NCBI GenBank assembly: GCA_008690995.1
Contig: VRMN01000001.1
Coordinates: 1,302,001-1,366,000 of the forward strand
Length of the DNA: 64,000 nt
From: Porphyridium purpureum
Taxonomy: Eukaryota
Reading direction: 5' to 3'
This document shows, in pieces, positions 51,453 through 62,750 of the stretch. A program made the position numbers and the translations under genes. The notes under the pieces are model-generated. The model saw nothing but the letters and a program-made list of their open reading frames with translations, ran no database searches and was not told where the DNA came from. Every line of letters starts with the position of its first letter. Positions within the stretch are counted from its first letter, which is position 1.

Positions 51453-51916
51453 TCCCCGTCAAAATTCTTTGCTTCCTATGCTATCATGGGCATCTAGAAT
51501 GACATTTCTATTTCATGGTCCCGGGCCGGCGGCATGAATCCGTGTGGATGTAGAGGAATGTAAATATTGAGCAGCGTCGGGCAACAAGCGCCCTGTGCAT
51601 GCCCTGTGTAAATTTTGCGCGCGCTTCTGTCATGCAGCCTTGCTAGACGAAAACAAGGCCAAGTCGCCGACCAATCTACCATTGGGCAGGTCACTTGACA
51701 TATCACTGAGAAACAACATGTAAAGTGTTCTCTGTCACACCCAATCGAAGCACTTGCCGCGTACCACAGGCAGAAGGCTCTATACTCAGGTCAGGCTCCG
51801 CCTTGCCGTTGACAGCAACAATCGCGAGCGTTGAGCAATCAGTCCCGAACCGAGGGCTTGAATGAGTCCTGGGTACAATGTATATACAATGGGATAGCCA
51901 GTCACCCTGAAGATGG

Positions 51917-52963
51917 TCACCCAAGCCCTCCAAATTTTCGATGGGCGGACTCATATTTTTCAAGGCAGCGCAGAAGTGTGTCCACTGAAAATTCGGGCCA
52001 CAAATCGTCCACGAATGCAAGCTCCGCGTACGCTGCCTGGTAGAGCATGAAGTTGGACAGGCGGGAGCAGCCACCTGTCCGGATGATAAGATCTGGTGGA
52101 GTACCGTCCAGCTCAAGCTGTTCCGCAAAGATGGTTTCGTTGATTTCATAAGGCTTAATGAGACCGGAGGAAACGAGCACCGCCAGTTTACGAGCGCATT
52201 CGACAATCTCCTGTGTAGCGCCGTAGTTCAGCGCCACGCGCAGGATCACGCTCGCAGATTCTGGACGAATGCTTGCATGTTCCATCAATGGGGCAATCCT
52301 GCGTGCCATTGCGTTGATCACGGCTCCAAATTCAGACAGGTCACCCCTTATTTCCAACAAAACGTTTTGCTCTATGAGCTGCGACAAGACGGGCTCCCTC
52401 GCCATGAACTCGTTGAGCAATTGCCGCAGCGACTTTAGTTCAGATGGTGGGCGCTTCCAGTTCTCCTTCGAAAACGCAAAGACGGTCAATTTCTTCACGC
52501 CGACGATTTTACACCAGCGGCATACACGAATCAGGCTCTGCAGGCCTTCCTTATGCCCTTCTGCCCGTTTCAATCCACGCAACTCTGCCCATCGTCCATT
52601 TCCATCCATAACGATGGCAACGTGCTCTGGCAGCCGGGTAAAGTGGTGTGCTCGCAGCCGAGACTCGTCGTTCTCCTGCGCCGAAGGAGTGTGGACGGCG
52701 TGAGTTCTGTGCTGCTGCACGGTGCTTGCATTATTCTGCGCGTCATCGTCGCACGGCAGCGGGACGTCGGCGGCCACAACGTGACACGAACAGCCCGGCC
52801 GCTTCGCCGCCGCGCGCGTGCCCCTGCTGCTCCTCCTGGCCGCAACAAGCACCGCATTCACGTCGTGTTCGGGCGCGCAGATGCCCTGCCTCGGCAAGCA
52901 CGCATATCTTCCAGCCCTCCTGCGCGGGCCCACCCGCAGCGCCGCAAACGCACACATCTCCAT
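51917..52963 (-). CDS. uppS: cis-prenyltransferase (UppS family), plastid-targeted
   Basis: PEHVAIVMDGNGRWA, GH..G, TVFAFSKENWKRP, ALNYG, PDLIIRTGG..RLSNFML.Q..YAEL, RKFGG. MCAFAA transit-like start. Confidence 0.92.
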   Translation of the reverse strand: MEMCAFAALRVGPRRRAGRYACLPRQGICAPEHDVNAVLVAARRSSRGTRAAAKRPGCSCHVVAADVPLPCDDDAQNNASTVQQHRTHAVHTPSAQENDESRLRAHHFTRLPEHVAIVMDGNGRWAELRGLKRAEGHKEGLQSLIRVCRWCKIVGVKKLTVFAFSKENWKRPPSELKSLRQLLNEFMAREPVLSQLIEQNVLLEIRGDLSEFGAVINAMARRIAPLMEHASIRPESASVILRVALNYGATQEIVECARKLAVLVSSGLIKPYEINETIFAEQLELDGTPPDLIIRTGGCSRLSNFMLYQAAYAELAFVDDLWPEFSVDTLLRCLEKYESAHRKFGGLG

Positions 52964-53554
52964 CTCCCTCCTCGATGCCACCCTCACCACTTCCACCACC
53001 CCTGTCCGCATCCCGCTCCTTGTTGCCGCACGCGCCACGCGCCACGCGGATGTTGCTGTACCCTATCGTTCTCGACAAAGTACAGTTGTACGTCCGGTCA
53101 TGCGACCAGCAACAGAACCCAAGCGAGGTACAGCGTGCGTGCGAGATGCCAAACGCATGCTGCATTGCGGGGCGCGGCGCGAGCGGCAGGGTTTTGTCGG
53201 GTGCTGCGTGTGCGGCGCTGTACCTCACAGCGCGCTCTCGCTGAGATGCACTGGGATTTTTCCGTTTTCTTGGCAGGTTGTTTTTTTTTGGGAGGTTGCG
53301 AGACGGCTGGTCTCTCTCTCTGGTGGGAGGAGGAGAGCAGCGGCATAACCCACGAACCGCCAAAGAGATGACGATGAGGGTGATGGTTGCCGAAACCTGA
53401 TTTCTTCAGCTATATAGAACGAGCGCGTTCTCTACAGGCCTGATCGGGAGTTGAGAAGCAGAGTATCAAAGGCAGAGAAGGAGAAGGAGAGGGATAGGTG
53501 TAGGAAGGAGAGAGGTGGAGAGGAATTGTGCAATTGAAGAAGGTGTGAGAAGAG

Positions 53555-54166
53555 ATGGCTGCGTTTGTGTCTGGTTTTGGTCTGGCGCGCGCGTCCGCGG
53601 GACGCTCGTCTGTGTGCAGCAAGAATGCGCACGTCACCATGATGGCAAAGAGCAAGGCGATTCCGTTCCTGGAGGCGCCGGCGAAGCTCGATGGGACCCT
53701 CGTGGGCGACGTCGGCTTTGACCCGCTCGGACTGTCCGCGACGCTCGACGTCAAGTACCTCCGCGCCGCGGAGCTCAAGCACGGCAGAATCGCAATGCTT
53801 GCCGCGCTCGGCTTTGTCGTGCAGGAGATCCTGGCGCCAAAGCAGTCAGGGCCATTCACTGAGCCAGATCCGTTCCTCGCCATCTACAAGGTCCCAGTGG
53901 AGGGTTGGTACCAAATCATCGCCGCGATCAGCCTCGTCGAGCTCGTCACGTTCAAGGAGAACTACGACGGCAGCGCAGAGCCGGGCAACTTTGGCTTTGA
54001 CCCGCTTGGTCTTGGAAAGGACAAGTCGGTGTTCGACAAGTACGCACTCTCTGAATTGAAGAACGGCAGACTCGCTATGATCGCATGGACCGCGTTTGCG
54101 ATTCAGCAAATCGTCACGGGCAAGGGTGTGATCAAGCAGCTGATGGAATTCCAGCCCCTGATGTAA
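53555..54166 (+). CDS. lhcr: Red-algal chlorophyll a-binding light-harvesting protein (Lhcr family)
   Basis: MAAFV transit peptide, GDVGFDPLGL, ELKHGRIAMLA, PGNFGFDPLGL, ELKNGRLAMIA; strongly GC3-biased codons. Confidence 0.95.
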   Translation: MAAFVSGFGLARASAGRSSVCSKNAHVTMMAKSKAIPFLEAPAKLDGTLVGDVGFDPLGLSATLDVKYLRAAELKHGRIAMLAALGFVVQEILAPKQSGPFTEPDPFLAIYKVPVEGWYQIIAAISLVELVTFKENYDGSAEPGNFGFDPLGLGKDKSVFDKYALSELKNGRLAMIAWTAFAIQQIVTGKGVIKQLMEFQPLM

Positions 54167-54628
54167 AAATTATCGCACGTCGGTCGTTCTCCACGCACGC
54201 GATTAAGAAAGCCCCTCCGAGCAATGCGCCAATCGTACAAAGTCTTTGAGCCAGAGACCAAATAAAAGATATAAACAAGAAACCTGGTCGCCGCTACGCT
54301 GCAATGCGCACAGCGCTTGTGCCAGCAGACTTCGAATGGAGCACGAACGGCAGCCCTCTTCAAAGATGGCAGCAAGTAATTCGGCTTTGAGTGCGTGCTG
54401 GAACCCACACAAGGTGACACGAAGCCAGCTCATTGACATGCGTACCTTGCCACACTTTTAATGAAGAGGAAGGGAAACGTACGTGTACGATACGACTTGT
54501 GCGCCGCTCGAATGTTCTCTTCTGATCAACAGGCCCGAAAACAAAAACAAAAACCGTCAAGCGATAGGTGCAAAACAGAACTTTGCCAGACCAAAGCCTT
54601 CATTGGCGATGCACCAATCCTGTCAGTC

Positions 54629-56464
54629 TCAGCCCACGTTTCGAGACAACGAAGCCGCACCGACTGCACCTGCTTCACCGGCACCCGCGCCCACAGTTCC
54701 GCCCAGCGAGGACGGTACCTGCCTGTCGTACGAAAATGCTGTGAAGTCCGATTCAAACTTGGTCTGCATTTTGAGCGCGAGCTCGGTGTCAAACCACGAC
54801 TTGCCACTCGCCAGCTCGCTCGTGCCCAAAAATCCAATTTCGTGTTGCTTGGGAAGACTCAGCCCCGGAAATCCAAGCATATTGAGCACTTGTCCCGAGT
54901 CCTCTCCCATGTTCTCGAAACGGCCCTGAAAGTCGTATTGAATCATGTCTAGGCCACATAGGTACGTCTGAGGTGCCCAATGCTCATTCATTTCGGCAGA
55001 CTCTTGTCCCTCCACGCGAGATACAAACTCGCGGAACGAGACACGACCATATTCTTGCGGAGTAAGGTTCTGCGCCTTGAAAAATCGGTATCCAAAAAGC
55101 TGGTACACAAACGTGGCGTATTCGCTACTGTCGAGAGCCTTTTCGACGAACTTGTTGTTAAATCCGCTCACTGCGCGCGTGTACGGATTGCGCACAAACA
55201 CAACCTTCATGATCTTTGGATCCTTCAGCAAAGCTTCCGCATCGTCCAGAGGCATTGAGTCCAAATACTCCAGACCGCTGGACTTGCGATTGTTCACTAC
55301 TTGGATGTCCGCGCCATCATTTAAGCCATTCATCTTTCGAATCAGATACTTCCACGCCGAGTTGGCAACCTTGGGGATAGGACAAAAGATCATGTTGGCC
55401 TTTTCCGAGTATATGAGTCGCCTGATCACGCCCCTCCTCTCCAACGCTGCTACATCCACAGACACAGACGGGGCAGCACTTCCGTGATCCTCTCGAAGCG
55501 CAGCCTGTTGCGCGGGCGACATATCAACCCATCCGAACCCGGTCTTTACGACAGGATCGATCCCACGCAGCGACACTGGAAGCGCTTGTTCTGGAGCATG
55601 TGAGTTCGCACCTAGGTTGATTGCTGATTCCGGCTCGGACACTACCTCTGGTGCGGCTACTCGACGCGCTTTGGCCTCTGTGGGATCTTCTGCATTGACG
55701 TCAAGCGGACCATTCCCAATCGTGTCACCAAGCACGGGCAGAGACTTGGCCTCTGGTTCTTTGACCGGCTCTTGCACGTCCGGCTCTTCCTTGATACTCA
55801 GACGCACAAGCTCATGGTCCTTGACGTTCAAGTATGAAAGCAAAAGCGGCGATTGCTCTTTCCCCACTGCCTGAATTCTTCGCTCCATCCAAGTGCGCCA
55901 CTCACCGCTCAGGCGGCGCTTGTAGTGTGACGGCGAAGGAATGAGCACAAACGACTCTGTGTTGTGTCTGAGGGTTCGCAGCGCGAGCCCCTCGGGCGCA
56001 CCATCGAAAGTTGTCGTCATGACACGAATAGTGAGCGCCACCACGGAGAGCAGCGACACGAATTTGAGCACTGCATTTGCGCCAATTCCAATCCTGCTTC
56101 CGCGAACCTTCGGCGACGGCAACAGCTTCGAACCGATTGAAGGATTGGGCAAAGAATGGAAATCGTCGAACGCCATTGCATCCAGGTGCATGAAGCTCGG
56201 CATGGAAAGCGATTTGGCGGGTGGGGACAAATCACTAGGATTCCTTGACACCACAAAGGAGGACTGTCGGGAATCCTGCAAATACCCAGGCATGCCGCCC
56301 AACTCAGGGAGTTGGCGCTGGCTATGGTACGGGGCGTAGACGGCGCTGTGCTGAGGCGATAAATACCCGGCCTCCTCGTCGCCTTCGTGCGACTGATAAT
56401 ACTGCAAGCGCGGCGGGAGCTCCGCGGCGTACGTGGCCTCGCCCCCAAAGCTTCCAGACATCAT
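54629..56464 (-). CDS. Golgi type II carbohydrate sulfotransferase (Sulfotransfer_2, CHST/HNK-1ST-like)
   Basis: Single TM anchor; 5'-PSB FCPIPKVANSAWK; 3'-PB FVRNPYTRAVSGF.NKF; NEHWAPQ..LC; YDF.GRFE. Confidence 0.9.
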   Translation of the reverse strand: MMSGSFGGEATYAAELPPRLQYYQSHEGDEEAGYLSPQHSAVYAPYHSQRQLPELGGMPGYLQDSRQSSFVVSRNPSDLSPPAKSLSMPSFMHLDAMAFDDFHSLPNPSIGSKLLPSPKVRGSRIGIGANAVLKFVSLLSVVALTIRVMTTTFDGAPEGLALRTLRHNTESFVLIPSPSHYKRRLSGEWRTWMERRIQAVGKEQSPLLLSYLNVKDHELVRLSIKEEPDVQEPVKEPEAKSLPVLGDTIGNGPLDVNAEDPTEAKARRVAAPEVVSEPESAINLGANSHAPEQALPVSLRGIDPVVKTGFGWVDMSPAQQAALREDHGSAAPSVSVDVAALERRGVIRRLIYSEKANMIFCPIPKVANSAWKYLIRKMNGLNDGADIQVVNNRKSSGLEYLDSMPLDDAEALLKDPKIMKVVFVRNPYTRAVSGFNNKFVEKALDSSEYATFVYQLFGYRFFKAQNLTPQEYGRVSFREFVSRVEGQESAEMNEHWAPQTYLCGLDMIQYDFQGRFENMGEDSGQVLNMLGFPGLSLPKQHEIGFLGTSELASGKSWFDTELALKMQTKFESDFTAFSYDRQVPSSLGGTVGAGAGEAGAVGAASLSRNVG

Positions 56465-56956
56465 GCTGGCAGCAGCCACGACACGGTGGCCCTGCCTTTC
56501 CAACCCGAGCTTCCGTTTGCTTCCCACTCGCGTTTCGCCCCTCCTCTCTTCCTGCGTGCGCCGATGCCCATCCACCCAGTTCCTTCCTTCCTCTTGTACC
56601 CGTACGCTCTTCACGTGCATGTGGCAACCCTCCGCCCTCACGCCCTCTATCTATGACTGTGTCTTTGTCTCACAATACAGCCGTGCATGTCCTTTTCACA
56701 TCGTTGTGCTAATCACCTCTCACTCCCCGCATTTTCGTCCTCCTCCTTCCGTCTTCCTATCAAATAGTCTCACTAACGCATCCCGCTTCATCATACTCCC
56801 ACCGAGCGTAGTCGGACATCCACCATCCACAATCCACACACCAAAATCAGGAGGTCGCGGCACTATTTCTACTCCGACAAACTGAGGCGGTGTGTCTGTG
56901 TCCCAACAACTGATCGGCCATCACGCCACCAACAACACTGCGCGGTGTGGAGGGGC

Positions 56957-56980
56957 GTGTGTGTGTGTGTGTGTGTGTGT
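56957..56980. repeat. (GT)12 microsatellite
   Basis: Read directly from the sequence. Confidence 0.95.
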
Positions 56981-57996
56981 ATGTGTCTGTGTCTGTGCCA
57001 TTTCATTCACACGCCCGCACAAAAATAGACAGGGTTGTACTTCCACACCTCCGTGCACAGATAGACGCAGAGAACGCGTCAACACCCACCATGTTGGAGC
57101 CGATTTTCACGTGTTCTGGATTCGTGTCCTCGCCGCGTTGGTATATAAAGCACATCGCGAGGTAGCTTCCACACGGTGCAGTCGTTCGCGTTCGACGTAG
57201 GGTAGTCGAGCGGCGAGGGCAGCGTGTCTCTCTCACGCGTCGGTTGCACGTTCAGCCGTGTGGAAGGAAGCGCGCGCTGTGCTCGCGAGATAAAGGAAAC
57301 CTGCTCGCCACCGCAATGAGATCATGAGCGTATGGTTTCTTCTCGCGCGATCCGGTCTGGGACGCGAACCCTGCCGGGTGCATCGTCCGCCTTCTGACGG
57401 GCGCATGGCGTGCCACTGCTTGTCTTACCGCTAGTCCTTCTTAGCGCGGGCCCCTCTACGGCATCGCTGTGAGGGGTTTAATCTACGTGGTTTGCGTGCC
57501 GCACGAGGCCTCCTCTGTCTGCCTCAACTGTTGATGACCGCGCTGGCCCGGAACAGCGGGTCCGCGCACATCATTTCATTCCTTTCCCGCGCGTGGTTGT
57601 TTCGGGAGCTCTCGGCGGGTGCAAGTGTGAACCTGGTAAAAATACGTACTGCACACTTATTGGAAAGCCATGCTCAAAAGACATCGTGACTTATCACTTT
57701 TCGCATCACTTTGTGGTGCCAATTGAGACTCGGTCTACAAGCCATGTCCCCGTCCACGGGCTTTTGCCCGTAGAAACGAATCTTGCCCATTGGAGGTCGA
57801 ATAGAGCTCTAGGGTTGAAATTCGCCATTCATGGTGTCAAATGAATCCGATCACGGCGGCGCCAGATGTCGCGCGCGGGCACGCGGCTCGACGCGGTGTG
57901 TCCACTCTGAAAACGAGACGGGTTGCCGATCTGTCGCGGGAGAATGGTGCGAGTCTCAAAGCCCTTGCCGACAGGAAGAGGAGTTGACCGCAGCGC

Positions 57997-59203
57997 GTGA
58001 TTGGCAGCATTGGCCGTATCAACCACGAGGAAAAGGATTTTTTTTTCAGCGAGTCGCTAGACAAATTGGTCGACGCTGTGCGATCCAAGACCAAAGGTGA
58101 CCAAAGCCGGCCGCTTACCCCTACAAGGAGAGTTTCGCGCAAGTTCTTGCCTTTGGTCCTGCTCCTTGCAGTTGCGCTGTCGCTGCTGACTTCTGAAGTA
58201 TTCGCCAAAGCAAGGGCCATGATAGGTGGAAGAGGAAGGGGAGCAAAGCAAAACCGCAGGTGTAATCGCGATTCCTAGTCCAACGCCAGTACCGATACCG
58301 ACATCAAGCCTCTCTCCCGATACAATGCCACAGGAAAAGCGAGAGCTAGCAACAGTCTCATGGAGTCCCGCACCGGTTTGCGAGGGAAGTTGCTTCCCAT
58401 ATTCAATCGACGTCATCCAAACTGGCCTTTGAAGTGCGGAGGCGGTCAGCATTTTTGGACAGACGTTTCGCGAGTGCGTAAATTCGTGCTCGGCCAGCGT
58501 TTGATTCCGTAGCCTGTCACTGTGAAGTTGTACTACTTCGTGCCCTGGTTGATGGGCTACAAATTGGAGACGCATTGACACGTGCAACGACAAGGAGTCT
58601 TCGTGCGAATTCGCCGCACTTCCCGGGCCAGGGGATATTTTGTTTTGGGCGGCCAACTTGGTCGCGATTCGGAAGTGTGAGATATAGAAGCAGTTCTCGA
58701 TCACCGTGACTCTGCACGAAAGGCCACGTATGCTCGGTGTCCGCTCGCTCTGGGGAACTGCTTTCCAACACCAGAAGAATGCAACAATCGAGTGGGATGT
58801 GCGCCCTCGCATGAGGCGGTTGACAAGTAGACAGTTGTGGCGCGCGACGGGCATTTATTGATCAGTCGGGGAGCTCCCCCAGTCGAATAAAATTGCGGGA
58901 ACGGTGATTGCACAAGATACAAAAATTGGGAGAACATTGTCCTGAGCCACGAGTGAATGACAAGTAGAAGTCGCGATGGAGACCAGACGTATCTTTGTTC
59001 CAGAACGTATAAGCCGAATCACCCTCGGAGCCTTCAAAAATATTGGCTTTGCCGTGGATTGGAAACATGCAGACGCATGCACGATCTCTGTCTCAACTAC
59101 GCGGCCCATCTTCCGGTCGCATGCCGATATTGACATGCAGGAAAAGCTTGTGAAGGACGACTTTCATCAGCAAGTGTCAAGAAGCGCGTTCGAGCTTCTG
59201 TAG
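57997..59203 (+). pseudogene. Possible decayed membrane-anchored/secreted protein gene
   Basis: Hydrophobic FLPLVLLLAVALSLL segment, then a frameshifted PSPTPVPIPT linker and Cys-containing stretch, then repeated stops. Confidence 0.3.
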
Positions 59204-59333
59204 TAGCCTGGACACTGCAGACCGGCCCGGCTAGAGCGCCCGGGCTACGTCCTAAAGCCTGAACAAAATGTAAAGACGCTGATCCAGAGAGCTGTATTCA
59301 TGTTGCGCCATCGTCAAGCCAAAATATCTGACC

Positions 59334-62231
59334 TCATGGATCCAACGAGACTATGCCGGTGAGACTGAGAATGCGCAAACCCGGGTTCGTAAATCTTATG
59401 CCAGATTCGAGCGCAGTCGCAAGCAAGTTCCATCCAAACATCGAATAAATAATTCGAACGGGCAAAAGCAGCAGCTCAGCCACTGCGGGGTGCACAATCT
59501 CGGCGTGGCACGACACCAGCACAGAATTGACCACAATCGACCCGCTGAGAGTATGCGGATGATACAGTCCTGACCGCTCGATGACTCGCACAGAGTCTAC
59601 CTGGTCAGGAAACCGCCCATGCTGACTAAAAACAACGTGATGCCGGGATACAAGTCGGGCAGGCACAAGATAACGGCGGCTGTACATTTCGTAACCGCGA
59701 TTCGAAATCTCAGACACGTACACGAGATGAGACTCGGAAACGTGCAATAAGGCGCCAGACACCGTTTTGATTTCTACAAAACGCTGATACTTTGCTTGCG
59801 GATCACGATGGCCGAATAAAAACACTTCGCTGAACTGCCCATCTGCAACCTCTATGCGGTCACCAACTTGGAGCTGATCCATTCGCAGCTGCGTTCCGTC
59901 CTCTCGTGTCACGATCGCATCCGCTGGAAAGCATGGCGCAGAAGTTGAGGTTGGCGATGGCGTCGGCTCGGGTGTCGGCTCGGGTGTTGGCTCGGTACCG
60001 CAGTTGCAGCCGTACTCTTCGCAAAAGGTGAAGCAACCACCCGCGTCAAACAGACCTGAAGTATACTGCACGTCTGAACCTGTAAACCGCGTTGATCCTA
60101 GAAGCGTCACATCATCAAAGCTCGAATTGAGCAAGTCCACAGCATCGAAAACCGCATCCTGCAGAATACAGGAGGAAAACGAGGCATTGAAAGGACCGCC
60201 ACTAAGCATCATGGACGTGAAATTGCTGTCTCTCATGTGCCAGTTGCGCGCATTCACGAATGCGAACTGTAGCTTGTGGATGGCACTATTCTCTATGCGG
60301 ACATTGTCCCATGCTGCGCTGTTCACCACAGATGCAAAAATCAAAAACTGGTCAAAGATTACAGAATTTTCAATCAGCAAGTCGCTCAGCGACGCGCCGA
60401 AGCGAAACTGGAACTCAAACTGGCTCAATCTGGAATCACGAAAGTAGAGCCCTTCAATGGTCGTTCCCGTCCCAACGTAGAAGAGCGCATTGTCTCCAGC
60501 ATCCTGAAGCCCAGAAAAGGTCACATTTTTCATGTGAATTCCAAAGAACGAAATTCGAAACATATCAACGTTCAAGAAAAGTGCGTCGTGAAGCACTTGC
60601 TGCGAAGGGTCCATCCGTTGCCGCACTGTCATTCGATCTGAAGATTGACTCATGGCGGATGCTTTGAAGCTGGCTCGTGAGTTCTGTAAAATTTCATTAG
60701 CCTCGTTGAAAAAGGCCATGTCGTTAACGCTTGAACCGCTCATCGTGACGTTCAGCATTGTCGCATTACTGACGTACAACTGCGGGATCTGGCTTGAATC
60801 AATGTTCAGGTCAGAAACCGAGCAACTGGTAATGTAGAAGGGCGCCTTGATATCAGACATCACAACGCCTGCCATCAGTACGTCACGGAAGCCGAAAGGA
60901 TACAGGAAGATTCCTTGGAGAGACTTGAACTGGCCTGTCACGTTCACAAAGCTCGCACTCGCGAGCTCGCCGCCAAAGAATCCATTCTCTGTCAGTTGAC
61001 TGAGAAATGGATCAAACTCGGGATCTGGTAAGAATTCGAAACCGATGTTCTCAAAGCGTGCGCGCCGTAACAGACACCCGTTGAAAACCACTGCTCGTGC
61101 AACACAATTCTTGAAAAAAAAGCTGGTCGAATCAGCCATAATTTCCGAGCTCACGTCGATGAATAAAACGCTTTCGAGCGATGTGTCGGATACCTCGAAC
61201 GAATTGGCCGCTGCCGCACCTGGAATACTGGCAGAAATAATCTGTACAGAGCGAAATCGAGCGTCGCGTATCGCGAAGCCGCCCAAATTGACCCGCTCCT
61301 CTGTGCCAGAAATTTGCACACTGTCGAAGACCACGCGCAGCCAGGAAGCGCTGTTAAAGCTGATGTTATTGATGACCTCCAAGAAAAGGGTAAAGTCGGA
61401 GCAATTAACAAATGGACCCAAGTTTGCGCCTGCAGAAGCGCAGTACAAGGGATCTTCACATGAGCAAGAGCGCGACTCGCAAAATTCCTCGCAAGTCTCA
61501 CTTGGAACAGGCAGCGTTGCGGTTGAGAAGCCGCTTGCCGAAGTCAAGTTGGCGTTTTCAAACTGGGCCCCCGTCAGGTTACTGTACTTGAAAGTGGCAC
61601 CGGCCAAGTTGGCGGAGGAAAAGTCAGCATCCTGCAGTTCTGAGTACACAAAGCGCGCACCCTGTAGATCGGCATTGCGCGCAAACAAGAGTTTAAGATC
61701 ACTGCCACGAATGGCAAAATTGAGATCTTGCCGCGCCGTCTCCAGTGCGGGCAGCTGCTGTGTCACCTGCACAACGTCTGCGATGCTGAGCCGCGGAAGA
61801 ATGACGCCGCTCAACGTCAACGAACGGAGTTGCGCGGAGTCAAAGGAACGTGTGGCCGATAGGCTGCTCGTTCCGTCAAACATCCGGTCAAAGTAGGTAT
61901 CAACAAAAGACGCCGACGCAAAGGAGTACTGCTCCATGATGGAGCTTGAGAAGAACACGCGGTCGAATTGCGCCTCGGCAAAGTCTATGTCAAGAATGCT
62001 ACCGGCAAGAAAAATCACGTCACGAAAAATCGCGTTCGTCCAGTCGCCTCGTATCTCAGACGCACGGAAAGAGCAGCGCACAAACTCTACTGCGGGAGCA
62101 TCTTGAATGACAACATTGCGGAATTCTTCGTCCTCGCAATATTTCTCAATGACACAGGCGGGCTGTGCCGCAACCGTCGCGAAAGTGACCAGCACCGTGA
62201 ATCCTACGATGACCGCCACGTGCGCGCCCAT
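59334..62231 (-). CDS. Secreted pentapeptide-repeat protein with a C-terminal Hedgehog-type Hint domain
   Basis: Signal peptide; ADLQGARF...ADFSSANLAGATF repeats; PTPEPT linker; CFPADA...MDQLQVGD, SESH, GLYHPHTLSGSIVVNSVLVSCH; hydrophobic tail. Confidence 0.9.
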   Translation of the reverse strand: MGAHVAVIVGFTVLVTFATVAAQPACVIEKYCEDEEFRNVVIQDAPAVEFVRCSFRASEIRGDWTNAIFRDVIFLAGSILDIDFAEAQFDRVFFSSSIMEQYSFASASFVDTYFDRMFDGTSSLSATRSFDSAQLRSLTLSGVILPRLSIADVVQVTQQLPALETARQDLNFAIRGSDLKLLFARNADLQGARFVYSELQDADFSSANLAGATFKYSNLTGAQFENANLTSASGFSTATLPVPSETCEEFCESRSCSCEDPLYCASAGANLGPFVNCSDFTLFLEVINNISFNSASWLRVVFDSVQISGTEERVNLGGFAIRDARFRSVQIISASIPGAAAANSFEVSDTSLESVLFIDVSSEIMADSTSFFFKNCVARAVVFNGCLLRRARFENIGFEFLPDPEFDPFLSQLTENGFFGGELASASFVNVTGQFKSLQGIFLYPFGFRDVLMAGVVMSDIKAPFYITSCSVSDLNIDSSQIPQLYVSNATMLNVTMSGSSVNDMAFFNEANEILQNSRASFKASAMSQSSDRMTVRQRMDPSQQVLHDALFLNVDMFRISFFGIHMKNVTFSGLQDAGDNALFYVGTGTTIEGLYFRDSRLSQFEFQFRFGASLSDLLIENSVIFDQFLIFASVVNSAAWDNVRIENSAIHKLQFAFVNARNWHMRDSNFTSMMLSGGPFNASFSSCILQDAVFDAVDLLNSSFDDVTLLGSTRFTGSDVQYTSGLFDAGGCFTFCEEYGCNCGTEPTPEPTPEPTPSPTSTSAPCFPADAIVTREDGTQLRMDQLQVGDRIEVADGQFSEVFLFGHRDPQAKYQRFVEIKTVSGALLHVSESHLVYVSEISNRGYEMYSRRYLVPARLVSRHHVVFSQHGRFPDQVDSVRVIERSGLYHPHTLSGSIVVNSVLVSCHAEIVHPAVAELLLLPVRIIYSMFGWNLLATALESGIRFTNPGLRILSLTGIVSLDP

Positions 62232-62750
62232 CTTCCTCAGGAATTTGAGCGAGTGCAGCGACCAGATGAAGACGTCTGCAGAACAGCCCGGGCGAGATCA
62301 AGTCTTTTGCGACGTCCAGTCTGCCGTTCGTCTCGCTATCCACGAACCGATGCACTGTCAGCACGCTCGCGCACGCAACATCGGCGCGCACACGAACGCG
62401 ACCTGCGCATGCGCTGCGGCTCACAGTCCTCCGCATCGCACGCGCACCGATCGCATTCGGTTCACACTGTCAGACGGAACGGCATTTCTTTGCAATCCAG
62501 ATTGTTGCTCACAAAATGGCACCCTTTTAAAAGATATTGTAATGCGGAAAGGGGTACAGTCTCCTAGTCGATGGAACCACTAAACCGAGGAACCGGCTTG
62601 TCCACATTGATGCGTGGCGCTCACCGCGTGCGCGCGACTGCGTCAACGGTTCAGCGCGACGCGAAACGCTTCCGACATTATGGACGCTGCATCGCCGCGC
62701 AGTGCGGCGCGGAGCCAGTGCAACAAGTCCATCGAACAGTGCTGTCGAGT

